Shown here: one piece after another, positions 40,379 through 52,698 of the stretch
Numbering within the stretch: the first letter of the stretch is position 1
Layout: each line of letters begins with the position of its first letter
Source of the DNA: Callorhinchus milii
Taxonomy: Eukaryota
Length of the DNA: 64,000 nt
Reading direction: 5' to 3'
Assembly (NCBI RefSeq): GCF_018977255.1
Contig: NW_024704749.1
Coordinates: 12,710,001 to 12,774,000 of the forward strand
The notes under the pieces: generated by a model
What the model was told of the DNA's origin: nothing
Database searches by the model: none
Seen by the model: only the letters and a program-made list of their open reading frames with translations
Translations under genes and position numbers: made by a program

Positions 40379-40585
40379 ATCCCATCAATGCTTTGCAGAA
40401 CCTGCAAGGTGTCCCTTCGGGGGGCTCGAGCGGGATGATGCCCTCTCGGCCCCCCGGAGGACCCCTGCCTGGGATGCCAGGCCTGGCAATGGGGCAGCCA
40501 ATGACTCTTCCTGGACAAGCTCAGCCGGGTACCTCAGCAATGCTCCCTCACATGCCTGGTTTCCAGACAAGTGCACAGCAGCAGT
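40379..40585 (+). CDS. MED15: MED15 exon 5
   Basis: DPINALQNLQGVPSGG...FQTSAQQQ; gcag acceptor, gtgagt donor. Confidence 0.9.
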
Positions 40586-40964
40586 GTGAGTAGCACATGG
40601 AAATAGTGAAGCTTTTATATGATTACTGTCCATTCGCTGTCCAAGTTATTCCAATTCATTGTTTGCGTGGCAGCTTTGTCACGGCTGGGATGTCTACTTC
40701 ACTACTGTCGGTGAGTGGGGTGGGGGGGATTATATCAGTCCTGGGGCAGGCAGAGTGTCTGCAGTAGATTTCGCTGCCGCCCCACTTGCTCACACACATT
40801 GCCCATGGCCATTCATTACCCTGACTTGTGGTGTGAGGACGTCCTCCCCTGTTGCTGAGCTGTCAGCCACTGTGTTATTGGGTTAACGGAGTCTCGCTAA
40901 AGCTGTGTCTAAATGGCAAAAGGACTAGTGTTGATGATTGTTCTTTATGAATTGCCTCCTCCAG

Positions 40965-41038
40965 CCCAGTTATCAATGCAACAAATTGCTCAACAGCAGC
41001 AGCAGCAGTTCCATCAGCAGCAGCAGCAGCAGCAACAG

Positions 41039-41076
<38 letters not shown>

Positions 41077-41146
41077 GCAACAGCAGCAACAACAATTCCA
41101 GCAGCAACAAATCATAAAACTACAACTGCATCAGCAACAGCAGCAG
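40965..41146 (+). CDS. MED15: MED15 exon 6 (polyQ; 27-Gln run at 41015-41095)
   Basis: QLSMQQIAQQQ...IIKLQLHQQQQQ with mixed CAG/CAA codons; ccag acceptor, gt donor. Confidence 0.88.
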
Positions 41147-41971
41147 GTATTGGTGCCGAATCACACACGTCTGTCAGGACAGCTGGAGGAGCAGCCCATT
41201 CCTTGCTATGTTCAGTAACTAGTTCTGTGCCAGTCCTATCTGGAGACCAAGTGATGTGGCACCATGGCAATAAACAGGGTAAATGGCTCCTTATCTCCCA
41301 CAGGAAACTCAGCTGTTTACCCACTCAGTCCTGTTGAGCACGAAGGGCTCTTGCGTGCCCCATTCGAAGGCTGCTGTCTGTGGTGACTGGACCCCACAAG
41401 ATGGGTGCTTCAGAAAATAGGCTGGCATTGAGCACAGGCATACATGGCTGGTCACTGTCACCTGGGGTATATCTGTAGCCACACGTGGGGCATGGGGAGG
41501 TGATCACCACCAAGGTTCTGATTGTTTATCATATTAAATAGTAATGTAAATGTTCCCAGCTTCACACAACTTGCTAAGGGCAGTGTCCCATTGCCTGATA
41601 CACCAAGGGCTTTGTGAGTTGTGGGTTGTGCTGTAAACACAGCAGTGCCAGGGCACAAGGACTGAACAGAACAGTGGGCTTTGTTGGATTGACGATGCTG
41701 GGCTTTAACGGAAGCAATGCTTTAAGTTGGTATAGTTGCTGGGATACTGGGTGGGTTATAACTGCAGTCACACTGAACGGCTGTGGACTTCAGCAAATGG
41801 CTTTACCACAAGCCTGTTTATAACTGACAGTGGCCCCTCTCAGTAGGGAGACTGAGGTGGATAGATGTTTATTAGGTCAGGGTATCAAGGGATATGGGGT
41901 AAGGGTCTTTGTCTTTTTAAAACGCCTGTTTATTCCTACTTTACTACTCCCTTTGCTGCTTGTTTTTACAG

Positions 41972-42211
41972 AGATTACTCCTGCACCAACAGCAGGTCCA
42001 ACAGCAGGTCCAACAGCAGCAAATACAACAGCAACAGATACTGCAGCTCCAACAACAGCAGCAGCAGCAACAGCAATCACAGCTTCCACCCCAGCCCCAG
42101 CCCCAGCCCCAGTCCATGGTCTCCCAGCCACAGGGGCCAAGCCCTCACACGGGGATAGCCTCCTCCCTCACACAACAGACACAGCAGGTCAAGCTCTCAG
42201 CCATCCAGCAG
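41972..42211 (+). CDS. MED15: MED15 exon 7 (Q/P-rich)
   Basis: RLLLHQQQVQQQ...QVKLSAIQQ; ttttacag acceptor, gtacat donor; phase 0-0. Confidence 0.88.
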
Positions 42212-42299
42212 GTACATTCAACAGCCCCCGCGGACAGTGACCAAGAGGTCTGAAACCTTAATTAGTCGCTTCAATAATACAATAGTTAATGCAAGGATC

Positions 42300-42700
42300 C
42301 ACCTCTCTCCTGACAGAGCACTCTCTCTCTCCCTCTGACACAGCACTCTCTCTCCTGACAGAACACTCTCTCCCTCTGACACAGCACTCTCTTCTGACAC
42401 AGCACTCTCTCTCTCTCCTTCTGACAGCACTCTCTCCCTCTGACACAGCACTCTCTCCCTCTGACACAGCACTCTCCTGACACAGCACTCACTCCCTCTG
42501 GCACAGCACTCTCTCTCTCGCTCTCTGACACAGCGCGCGCTCTCTCTGACACAGCGCGCGCTCTCTCTGACACAGCGCGCGCTCTCTCTGACACAGCGCC
42601 CTCTCTCCCTCTGGCACAGCGCCCTCTCTCCCTCTGGCACAGCGCGCGCTCTCTCTCTCTCTGACACAGCTTTCTCTCTCTGACACAGCGCTCCCTCTCC
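42300..42700. repeat. (CTCTCTCTGACACAGCRC)n degenerate minisatellite in MED15 intron 7
   Basis: Visible tandem units. Confidence 0.85.
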
Positions 42701-42720
42701 TGATGCTTCTTTTGTACCAG

Positions 42721-42807
42721 GTCCGGACTCAGTTTCCTCAGCAAGCAGCTCAGGCACAAGCACAGGCACAGGCACAAGCTCAAGCACAAATGGGAGCAGG
42801 TGGGCAG
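42721..42807 (+). CDS. MED15: MED15 exon 8
   Basis: VRTQFPQQAAQAQAQAQAQAQAQMGAGGQ; ccag acceptor, gtaagc donor. Confidence 0.85.
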
Positions 42808-43967
42808 GTAAGCTTGGTGATTGGGGGGGCCGGGGGAGGCTTGCATGATTGATCAGCATGGAGTGGGGGTTGCGATGGTTTCTGAGGGATGTTGTCCTCT
42901 CCACAGGAGAATAAAGAACAGTGTCATGTGGCCTGGAATGAAAGTTCTGTATATTTAATCCACTTACAGTCGTAACTACAAAATGTTGTTGTAAAATTGC
43001 AGAAATATTTAAGAGTATATGTTTCCATTTTTGAATGTATTTTTGGAATTACAGAAAGTATTCCTGAATTGAAAGTGAATGAAAGTGTCTTCACACACAG
43101 ACACGCACACACACAATAGGGAAGTCAGGTGGAAACTGTTCAATCAATTTCTTGTAAAATTGCTAGTTATGTCTGGTTGTCTGCTGGGATCACTCTCATG
43201 GTCTGGCTCTGCTTGTCCACATTCCGGTTTAGGGTTTAATGGATTGGAGTCTGGTCACCGGAGAGAGAGCAGTTGCATTTTGTCTCTGTGGTTTAACCAT
43301 TACTTGAGGAGTGGTTGGGAGATGTTGACACGATGGTACGCACTAACTAGCACAAATGTTCGGCATTTTCCAGTTTAACCTTAATACTGTGCTCGAGTTG
43401 CCAGTAACTCAACACATGGCCTCTTCTTACAGAAGAGAAATCATCATGAAATCGTTGTGAACAGAATTGCCGTGAGCCAGATCTTCTTTTTTTTCTCTCC
43501 TGGTTTCCAGAGAAGAATACAGTGTTGTGTTCAGTGGAGTCTCTCCGTTGAGTGTGAGGCAATGCCCTGCTCTGTGCTGACACTTTTTGAGGCACGTGAG
43601 AGGTACAGGGAAGCCCACCGTCCCAGTGACCGCACGTGTCCAAAGCAAGGCAAAAGGGCCGTCTTCTGGGTTGTCCTGTTACTTCCTGCACATCGTGGTG
43701 CACGGGAAGTGACGTGAGCACCGCTTCCTCCTGGTTACCGCAGCAGTGACCTGATGACACGAAGCTGGCTGTACAGCTAGTTATCGTGGCTCATAGTGCA
43801 CACACACTATCAGCCTGCGCTCCAGGGAAAGGATTTCCCCCGTATTTAGCACAACACAAACCCAAGGACTGAAACACTGCATTGTGCTGTAAAATTCCTA
43901 AGATTTTGAATGTTTTTAAGGTCTCGTTGAGCTGTAAATTCAGTACGTCGAGGGGTGTCTGATACCC

Positions 43968-44700
43968 TGTGTGTGTGTTCAGTGTGGTGAGCTGTGTGTG
44001 TGTGTGAGCTCAGTGTGGTGAGCTGTGTGTGTGTGTGAGCTCAGTGTGGTGAGCTGTGTGTGTGTGTGAGCTCAGTGTGGTGAGCTGTGTGTGTGTGTGA
44101 GCTCAGTGTGGTGAGCTGTGTGTGTGTGTGAGCTCAGTGTGGTGAGCTGTGTGTGTGTGTGAGCTGTGTGTGTGTGTGTGTGAGCTCAGTGTGGTGAGCT
44201 GTGTGTGTGTGTGAGCTCAGTGTGGTGAGCTGTGTGTGTGTGTGAGCTGTGTGTGTGTGTGTGGTGAGCTGTGTGTGTGTGTGAGCTCAGTGTGGTGAGC
44301 TGTGTGTGTGTGTGAGCTGTGTGTGGTGTGTGGTGTGAGCTCAGTGTGGTGAGCTGTGTGTGTGGGTGAGCTGTGGTGTGTGGTGTGTGTGGTGAGCTCA
44401 GTGTGGTGAGCTGTGTGTGTGTGTGAGCTCAGTGTGGTGAGCTGTGTGTGTGTGTGTGAGCTCAGTGTGGTGAGCTGGGTGTGTGTGTGTGAGCTGTGTG
44501 TGTGTGTGAGCTGTGTGTGTGTGTGTGTGAGCTCAGTGTGGTGAGCTGTGTGTGTGTGTGAGCTGTGTGTGTGTGTGTGAGCTCAGTGTGGTGAGCTGTG
44601 TGTGTGTGTGAGCTGTGTGTGTGTGTGTGAGCTCAGTGTGGTGAGCTGTGTGTGTGTGTGAGCTGTGTGTGTGTGTGTGAGCTCAGTGTGGTGAGCTGGG
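43968..44700. repeat. (GTGAGCTCAGTGTGGTGAGCT(GT)n) minisatellite in MED15 intron 8
   Basis: Visible units of about 31 bp. Confidence 0.9.
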
Positions 44701-46273
44701 TGTCTGGCACCGTGGGGTGGGTATCTGGGTGATAGTGACATGTGGTGCTCTGACTGTAATATAGCTGCCGTGTCTCAGGTTAGCGATGGCGCCGGCCCGT
44801 ACTGGCCCCAGGATTTTGATTCATGGACCTTTCCCACCAAACATTGTTACCAAATGTGTAGTATGTATACGTTCGTGGTGACTTACTCAAAGCTTTGAAG
44901 CTCTGATACGGTGGTCGGTGTACGGCTGAAATCATTTGTCCTGCAGAAATATCTGTCAGGTTTGTTGTTTGAGTAGCGTCGGAGCTGCTTTAATATTGCA
45001 TCCCTTTCTCTCACTAAGTGGTGTGATGTGATGACTGACCAGGCTGTGCAGTGTTAATGAGGGCTTAGAGCACCGACAGACTGCTCTGCTTTACATGGAC
45101 AGTTGCCTTTCTCAGTTTTTGTCTGTTTGCTGCATGTTGTGGTGCTTCCTATGTTAATCACCTTTCCGTGCACTTGGTGTCTGTCTGTCTGTCTGTCTGT
45201 GCTGCTGGGAGCTAATGGAGTTGTCGATGTAACCACACTTGTGGGCTTTCTCTCTGCTCTTTTAAGTTTAAGTATCGCTGTATTTCAACAGCTTTTGTTG
45301 TTCTATAAAGCACATGCGTCCCGGGGAAGGAGATCAGGCCTGGTGCTGGTGTGACTGTGTAAAGCTCGCTCCTCGCAGCCTGTGGATTAATAACTCCCAA
45401 GGCCAAGAGGGCCTGGCACAGGAGCTAGCAAGCATGTACAGCGTCTGCTTCAAACATCACCAAGAGGGCCAACTTAATTGGCTGCATCTTGTTCACGTGA
45501 CTTGTGTTCCCTGTGTTCCAGCAAACTGCTAGTGTTGTGTGGTGTTAGGTGCCACCAAGGTTCATTGAGAAATCTGTAGACTATCGCACGCTGTGTTTGA
45601 CCAGTTCCTGTCAGGTGAAGGAGGGAAGCCTATTGGTTTATACCTAGAGCAAAACAGACTTGACCCCAAATTATTCTGCTGATCCTGTGAGATCTCATTT
45701 ACAGTGTTTCTTACCTGATTTGTGAATGAGGAATGTGTAAGTATTACGTAAGTGAAACTTGGACTGAGCTGAAGAACAAATTGGATAATTAAACCTCAAT
45801 CAAGATGCTATTTAATTATTATTCTGATTCTGAAGATGACGGTTGCGACGTGTATTTATACCCACACACTATAAATATAGATTAACAAGGTCTGAAGGAA
45901 CACTCTATAAAGTACATGCAATTTGTTAGAAACTTTAACACTTGTTTTAAAGGTTAGCGCTGTCCATATCCACCTAAACATACACACAAAACTTTTTTTA
46001 AAAAAAGAAAATTAAGTTCCACAGAGAGCGAAAGATTCAGGAAATGGATTCTTTCTTCACAGCTGTCTTTCAGAGCAGAAAGCTTGGGAATATTGGAGCC
46101 TGACTGAATGCCACACAACAGAAACATGCTGTATGAAAGGTGGAGAGGGGCAATGGTGAAGAGCTGCCTTTGGCTGCTCTGTTAGCTGGGGACGTGTGTG
46201 CTTTGACCATGCTCCGCAGTGCACTGCATTCTTGTTTTGCGATTACCTGTTTGTTGTCCCTCTGTCCTCAAAG

Positions 46274-46390
46274 ATGATACCTACTCTGGCCCGCTCTGGG
46301 ATCTCTGTCCGGCCACGCTTCCCACCTGCTTCTGTTGCCTCGTCCACGCCTCAGAGCTCTGCCCCTCTGGGAGGACAGCCGACACCACAG
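46274..46390 (+). CDS. MED15: MED15 exon 9 (frame-preserving, probable cassette exon)
   Basis: MIPTLARSGISVRPRFPPASVASSTPQSSAPLGGQPTPQ resembles human MITEALAQGGMHIRARFPP...PLGRQPMAQ; 117 nt, phase 0-0. Confidence 0.82.
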
Positions 46391-48719
46391 GTATTTAATG
46401 CTAGCCTAGGCCGCACGCTCTAGGTTGACGTGTTTGATTGCCAATTGTTTTATCCTCATCTTGTCTGGTGGTTACAAATCAGCGTTTACTGAACTGCATG
46501 CACAGCGTTTGCTTTTATATGCCTTTGAGATGTTGGGAGCGGGTATTGTTCTGGTTGTGACCCTGGAAGGCATATCACTGCTTGTAGCCCAGCGACACGG
46601 TGCAGAGTGACGGAGTGAGCTTGAGCTGTCAGCAGGGAGGAGAGCAGTCGGTCTGATTCAACGCCTCCGGTTTCAACAAATGCTGATTGTGCGGCAACTT
46701 CTGCCTTCACCATAAAGGAGCATTGTTGTTGTGCACAGACTCGGCTTCTGGAACATTCTGTTGTGTTAGAGCAAAGCTCTCCCAGTGGGACAGGGAGAGT
46801 GTGACGGGTTGATGGTCGGGGAAATATTGTTGGTCTCTCCTTTTCCTCGATTAACTATTAATCATCCTTAAATTTATTACAACTCCTTTCACATCCTCGA
46901 GGTGTCTCAAAGAGCTTCACAGGAATTACTGTGAGGCGTAGTGACTATTGTGGGGCCTCAGCTTAAGGTCTCATCCAAAGTATAGCACCTGTCTTTACCA
47001 ATGTTCTGCCCTGCTCCATCCTGTGACTGTTGCTGAGCTCCCCAGACAGTGCTCTCACCCTCGCCTGGGGCAGGGCATATGTGAGCCTGGCAGTAACAGC
47101 AGCAGGTGAATTCATTATAATTGTCTCTGCCTGGTCCAGGCTCTGTACTCGCCTGATGCTCACACACGATAGTCGCTGGATAGTCATCAGCAGAGAGTTG
47201 GCTAAGTTTCTATTCTCCCGAGCTCAGGGTGTTGAAGCCAGTTAACAACAGAAGCAGGCCATTTGTCTGCTCAGGCGGGCTGTGCTGTGCTGTTGGAAAC
47301 ACTGGAGCTGCTAGCACAGGCTGTGTTATTTATTTGCTGATGTATCACAGAAACTCGGCAATCTGGAAACGCTTAGGTTGTGGAGATCATTGGCAGAAGT
47401 GGAAACTGAGTGATCCTCCCCTTCACAGCTCATCTCCCGGATTTGTGACCTGTAAACCTGGGAACAGGAGTAGGACTTTTTGTGGATTCAAAGTGTTTCC
47501 CCTTTGGATTGTGTTTCTGGGGATCTGGTAAATAGAGGACCCAGCGAGAGGTCAGTGAGACTGCACTTCCTCACATCACACAATCTCCGTCAGCCATAAA
47601 TGCCCTCAGTGCGCATCACCTCCAATTGTGGAGCAAACTGCTGCTGAGGTTCCAGGCTGCACACGCTCAGTGCTGCTCTCACTGCCTCCTAACAACTTGA
47701 GCACTTGGCTGTCCTTGCTTTGCTGGCCTGTGTTTCCACTGTGGCCTGGAGTGTTGGCTACAGGGTCTGTAGTCCTAACCCTTTGCCAGCAGCCAGGCAG
47801 ATGTTTAATTACCCTGAACACTGAGAGCGTGATATCAGCACATGGTGATGCCCTTGTGTTCCACCAGAGAGGATATTATAACTGATCGTATCCGTGTGGC
47901 TGGTGTGAGAGCAGAATAGACCTGGTGGTGGGGACACAACTGCCCTCCGCATTGCTAAACTAACAGAGAATAAAAGTGTTATTGGTTTAAAAACAAACTA
48001 CTTTTGAAGTAATTGTGCTCTGAATTTACAAGTTATTGAATTGCACTCGGTGTGTTTTATTTGGTATTTACTGGGAATTAAATCTGGCTCCTGAAATGGC
48101 TCACGGAGTTATGAAATCTTATTTCCTTTAGCAAGATTGTTACTGGCTTAAGTTCGAGAGATTTGGGTGTGAGAGGGTACAGAGCATTGGGTCTGTTCTC
48201 ACCACGAACCTGAGGCCTTTCATTTTCTGGCTCGAAGGCTGCTGCTTTTGTTAAATTTCACTTTGTGTTCAGAGGGAAAACAGAACACGGAAAACATTTC
48301 AGCCATTAGACGTTCTTTTCTAAAGAGCTGCCAAAGGTGCCGCAATTGTCAGATGAACATAAGGTGAAAATGTACGTTTGGCATCTCTGTCAGTCTTTCT
48401 TGTGTGTAATGTAGAGAGCAGCAGGGCAGACTCGCACTACACCTGCAATGTCGATCATCTCAGTAACTAACTTACCTCTAGATACTGCAGGGAAGCGGTA
48501 AGTTTAAATGTACTAGAATTGGGTTAGTAGTAACTTTATCCTAGAATTTTATCCTAGCAACAAGCTGGTGACGGTAGTTTGTAGTGATGTAGGCTAGATC
48601 TTCGCACATTCTACCTACGGGAGTTCATTCCCTCGGCTCAGCTCTGTGGGGTGTGAGGGGGTATGTGTGAGGTCTGTTTCTTGCCGTTGCCTGCATTGCC
48701 AGTGTGTATCTGCCTGCAG

Positions 48720-48835
48720 GTTAGCAATGCCATCGCCACGATCCCATCTCCAGGGCAGCAAACTCAGAGCATGCCTCCCCCGCCCCAGCCACAGCCCTCA
48801 CCACAGCCTCCAGCCTCACAGCAGAGCTCCGTCAG
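48720..48835 (+). CDS. MED15: MED15 exon 10
   Basis: VSNAIATIPSPGQQTQSMPPPPQPQPSPQPPASQQSSV(S); gcag acceptor, gtaagg donor. Confidence 0.88.
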
Positions 48836-49687
48836 GTAAGGCATCGCTGGCAAGAGAGGCATGTACAGTTACTGCGATTAACACCCACAATGTGGCTTGT
48901 GGCTGCGGGATGATTTCATTGGGAGGGGGGGACAATAATGAACAGGAGCCAGGATTTACCAGTGGTGTGATAGATAACGGGGACATTTCCTGCCCTGTGA
49001 ACATCTCAGCAGTAACTTTTTCAATCGATGTTATCATCGGTGCACAAACCTTCTGAATGTGTAAAGCTTTAGAGAGCAGTTAGACATGACTGTGCCGTGA
49101 CCGACTGCCTGGTTTAACTCTCTGTCTTTTATTTCACTCACACCCTGCAATATCACTGTCTGCAGCCTTGTTACAGTAATAACCATGTCCATTTTAAAGT
49201 AAACTGCAAGTTAATTTCTCTTTAGTTTTCTTCCAGGTGTGGGGGTGGGGGGAGGGTCTGTGAGTGGTCTGTGTGTGAGTGTGCCTCTCATTGCTTGGGT
49301 ATTTGGGTGTGTGCAGCCCAATGTGGCTGCCCCCAGCAGTGGACACAATGGCAGTCCATGGGGTATCAGTGAGGAAGGAGCCTGTTGCTGGGTTGTCGAC
49401 TGTTTAGCCGAAGCCCACGATGTGCTCGTGTTCTGGCAGCCGGGATTAGAATGTTGGCTTTAGTTTCTGCTCCGTCTCAGGATCGGGCAATTCAGACACG
49501 CAGCTTCAGCGGGGATGCGCAGAGAATACGCCTGTCTACGTTTAATAATTAATGGTTACTGTGGGAACCACTTGCTGACATGTGCTTCACAGGGAAGTAG
49601 GAATTCTGTTGTAAACAGGGACTTGGTACCGTTTACCTCAGAGTATATTTACCTCTGTGTATATTTACAGCCAGTTTCTCCTTCCAG

Positions 49688-49812
49688 CTCTGGCCCAGCC
49701 CCATCACCGAGTGCCTTCCTGCCAAGTCCATCAGCACAGACCACACAGAGCCCAGCCGCTCGCACACCACAAGCCTTCAGCGTGCCTTCCCCAGGGCCCC
49801 TCAACACTCCAG
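49688..49812 (+). CDS. MED15: MED15 exon 11
   Basis: SGPAPSPSAFLPSPSAQTTQSPAARTPQAFSVPSPGPLNTP; ttccag acceptor, gt donor. Confidence 0.9.
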
Positions 49813-50226
49813 GTACCCATCACACCAGCCCCAGCATAGTGTGGCCAGCTACACACACACACAGCATAGTGTGGCCAGGGTACACACACACACAGCATAG
49901 TGTGGCCAGCTACACACACACAGCATAGTGTGGCCAGGGTACACACACACACACACAGCACCTTATAGCAGCTCATACCAGCAGAAATGTCCCCACTGCA
50001 CTTGGTATTTGATTCAATGAGCGAGGGTTGGGCTGGTTTTGGTGAGTGTTAATCCTCACTGTGTGGTGGAAAGCCTTCGTTTCTAACTCCTGATGTAGTG
50101 TGTCTGTCCTGCCGAGCCAGCCAGCTGCTCTTGCTTAAAATGGCCAAAGCATTGTTTATGGAGCAGCTGGTTAAAAGATGTTAAGGTGGTGCGGTCCAGG
50201 TAACAGTGACTGGCTTTGTGTTGCAG

Positions 50227-50361
50227 GGAACCCTGGCTCGGTGCCCAGTCCTGCCGGCCGCACACAGACAGAGGAACAGCAATACCTGGACAAGCTCAAG
50301 CAGCTGTCTAAGTACATCGACCCCTTGAGACGCATGATCAACAAGATCGACAAAAATGAAG
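50227..50361 (+). CDS. MED15: MED15 exon 12
   Basis: NPGSVPSPAGRTQTEEQQYLDKLKQLSKYIDPLRRMINKIDKNE; gtgagt donor. Confidence 0.94.
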
Positions 50362-50740
50362 GTGAGTGTTTGTGGTCAGGGCTCCCATTAGTCAATCATT
50401 TGTCAAGCCACACGTTTGTAAAGTGTGGTGACCGGGTGCTATAAATATACAAGACCTTTTTTTCTTTAAGTTAAGGTTGTGACCAAGCGTTTCACCTTGG
50501 AAGGGAAACCCCAAATAGTTTCTGTGTGTCCTGCGCATGGTGAATGGCTGGTTGTGAGTTGGGTTGGGGTTTGGGTTAGGAGCTGTTTGCTTGTTGTACC
50601 TATATCTCTCAGCGGTGGGAAGTGGGCTGACACAGAGGCTCATCTCCTTTGTGTTGTTACGTCTTGTGTAGCCTGAATCTGCACTAACCGGGGTAGCTGT
50701 TTGCTGTTGGTTTAGCTGGACTAACCTCTGTGTCTTACAG

Positions 50741-50804
50741 ACAGAAAGAAAGACCTGAGTAAGATGAAGAGCCTCCTGGACATCCTCACTGACCCCAACA
50801 AGCG
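50741..50804 (+). CDS. MED15: MED15 exon 13
   Basis: DRKKDLSKMKSLLDILTDPNK(R); tacag acceptor, gtaaga donor. Confidence 0.94.
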
Positions 50805-51204
50805 GTAAGACACCCAGCACAGGACCTTACACCTTACATTATCTGGGGCCTTTCACATCAGGAGAACATCAGCAAGCGCTGGGCCCTAGGGAGAGGGAAA
50901 CCCACGGGGTGGGGGAACAAGGGGAGATGGGAAAGGACCAAAAGTGCAGTCTCAAGTTGTCATCTGGTGTCTGGTTACAAACCGAGGCTTCCTCATTTCA
51001 AGGTATTTTTCCTTCCCCGTCAAAACGATTGTTTCAAAACCATGCAAATGCCATGTTATAACGGGCTTGTCTCAAAGTATAGTTTTCTTTGTGTTGTATT
51101 GGAGAACTGATCTTAGTGCTGATATGTAAGCTAACTGTGTGGTTTGTGCGGTCTCTCTGTGTGTCTCTCTCTCTGTCTCGCTCTCTCTCTGTTGATTTCT
51201 CTAG

Positions 51205-51271
51205 CTGTTCCCTGGCGACTCTACAGAAATGTGAAATTGCTTTGGAAAAGTTGAAGAACGACATGGCTGTG
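51205..51271 (+). CDS. MED15: MED15 exon 14
   Basis: CSLATLQKCEIALEKLKNDMAV; ctag acceptor, gtgagc donor. Confidence 0.94.
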
Positions 51272-51295
51272 GTGAGCTGCCGCTTTCAGTGTAAT

Positions 51296-51612
51296 GATAA
51301 TAATAATAATCCTTGCATTTGATATAGTGCTTTTCACGTCTTTTACACGTCTCAAAGCGCTTCACAGAATAGACCGTAAAGTGAATTGATTATATATTTG
51401 GGACGAAACGCGGCAGCCAATTGTGCACAGCAGCGTCCCACAAACAGTCGTGGATTGAAATGACCAATTTATTATTGATTTTTATCTTGAGGGATTATTA
51501 TTAGGCTCTGTATGGAGTAAGGAAACTTGCCCTAGGTTTCACCCTGCCATGAATCGAACCCAGGTATCTCGCTTGCAAAGCAAGTGCTCTAACCACTGAG
51601 CTACAGGACTCC
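51296..51612 (-). mobile_element. Full-length copy of the same SINE, antisense in MED15 intron 14
   Basis: Reverse complement of 21120-21438, flanked by the direct repeat (C)AGTGTAAT at 51287-51295 and 51612-51620. Confidence 0.9.
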
Positions 51613-51962
51613 AGTGTAATAAGCAGAGACTTCCTGCCCTTCACCCACCCGCCAGTTTACCTTATTTTCATTAATATTAAAACTTGTACAAAATAAAACA
51701 TTGCAAAATATATTGTGTGAATATTATATTAGAATTTTCGACTGTCTTTCAAAAGTTGAAATAATACAAAGTTGAAAAAGAGGAAATATTCTCTCTCACC
51801 AGCTCTTCAACTCTGATAATTAAACTAACTGGCTAACATAGTAAAGTAACTAACTAACATGGTAAAGTAACTGGCTAACATGAGGGTACGTTCCTTGTCT
51901 ACGTGAGGAAGGCAGCTGTGTGCAGTGAGCAGTGGTAATCAAGCTTCTCCCGTCTCCCCCAG

Positions 51963-52123
51963 CCCACACCGCCCCCACCACCAGTGCCCACCACGAAGCA
52001 GCAGTACCTGTGCCAACCCCTGCTGGATGCCGTCCTTGCCAACATCCGCTCGCCCGTCTTCAACCACTCGTTGCAGAGAACCTTCGGGCCAGCCATGACT
52101 GCCATCCACGGGCCTCCGATCAC
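51963..52123 (+). CDS. MED15: MED15 exon 15
   Basis: PTPPPPPVPTTKQQYLCQPLLDAVLANIRSPVFNHSLQRTFGPAMTAIHGPPI; gtatgt donor. Confidence 0.94.
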
Positions 52124-52698
52124 GTATGTAATCTCATCCTGTCACCATCACGTACGTAACTCCCCAGACACCAACATACCTCAGCGGTAGCTCTTTCAAA
52201 CAGCAGATTCTAGGGTTCACCCACCTCCAGAGACCAATTTAAACTCTGCCACAGGAGCTAACGGCCTCTGAAGCTCTTCAGAACCACACAAGTGTTTAGT
52301 CGCTGAATAATCAATGGATTTGCATTAATTTGGAGTGAAGTAGTCACAAATATACCTCATGGAGGTTCTGCTACAGATTAACACTTGTCACAATCATCAG
52401 CGAGACACCTACCACTTTAGTCTGTCCTCGGCCTGGGCAAAGTTAGTGTTAGCCTGAGCCAGGCTGACATCAGGGCACATGCTCCCAGGACAAGCTGTGG
52501 TAATCCTGGAGTAGAAGCTGTGATGGACATTGCACCTAGCTTTGATTCATGCATCTTCCACCGAAAGACCCCTGAGAGAGGATGGTTTGCTAATGGTTCA
52601 GGCCCAGTTTGCTCTGCTCCCCCCGACTGGCTGCTGTTTCCCCAGGGCCCAGTGATTTGCCCTCTCCGCTCCTCCCTGACTGGCTGCTGTTTCCCCAG

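Noticed and set aside
43968-44700. AGCT-dense array as a true immunoglobulin switch region
   Set aside because: No Ig exons nearby and it lies inside a MED15 intron; best explained as a GT-derived minisatellite.
49671-49687. Upstream alternative acceptor for MED15 exon 11
   Set aside because: Adds 17 nt and breaks the frame; the 49688 start restores the conserved SGPAPSP sequence.
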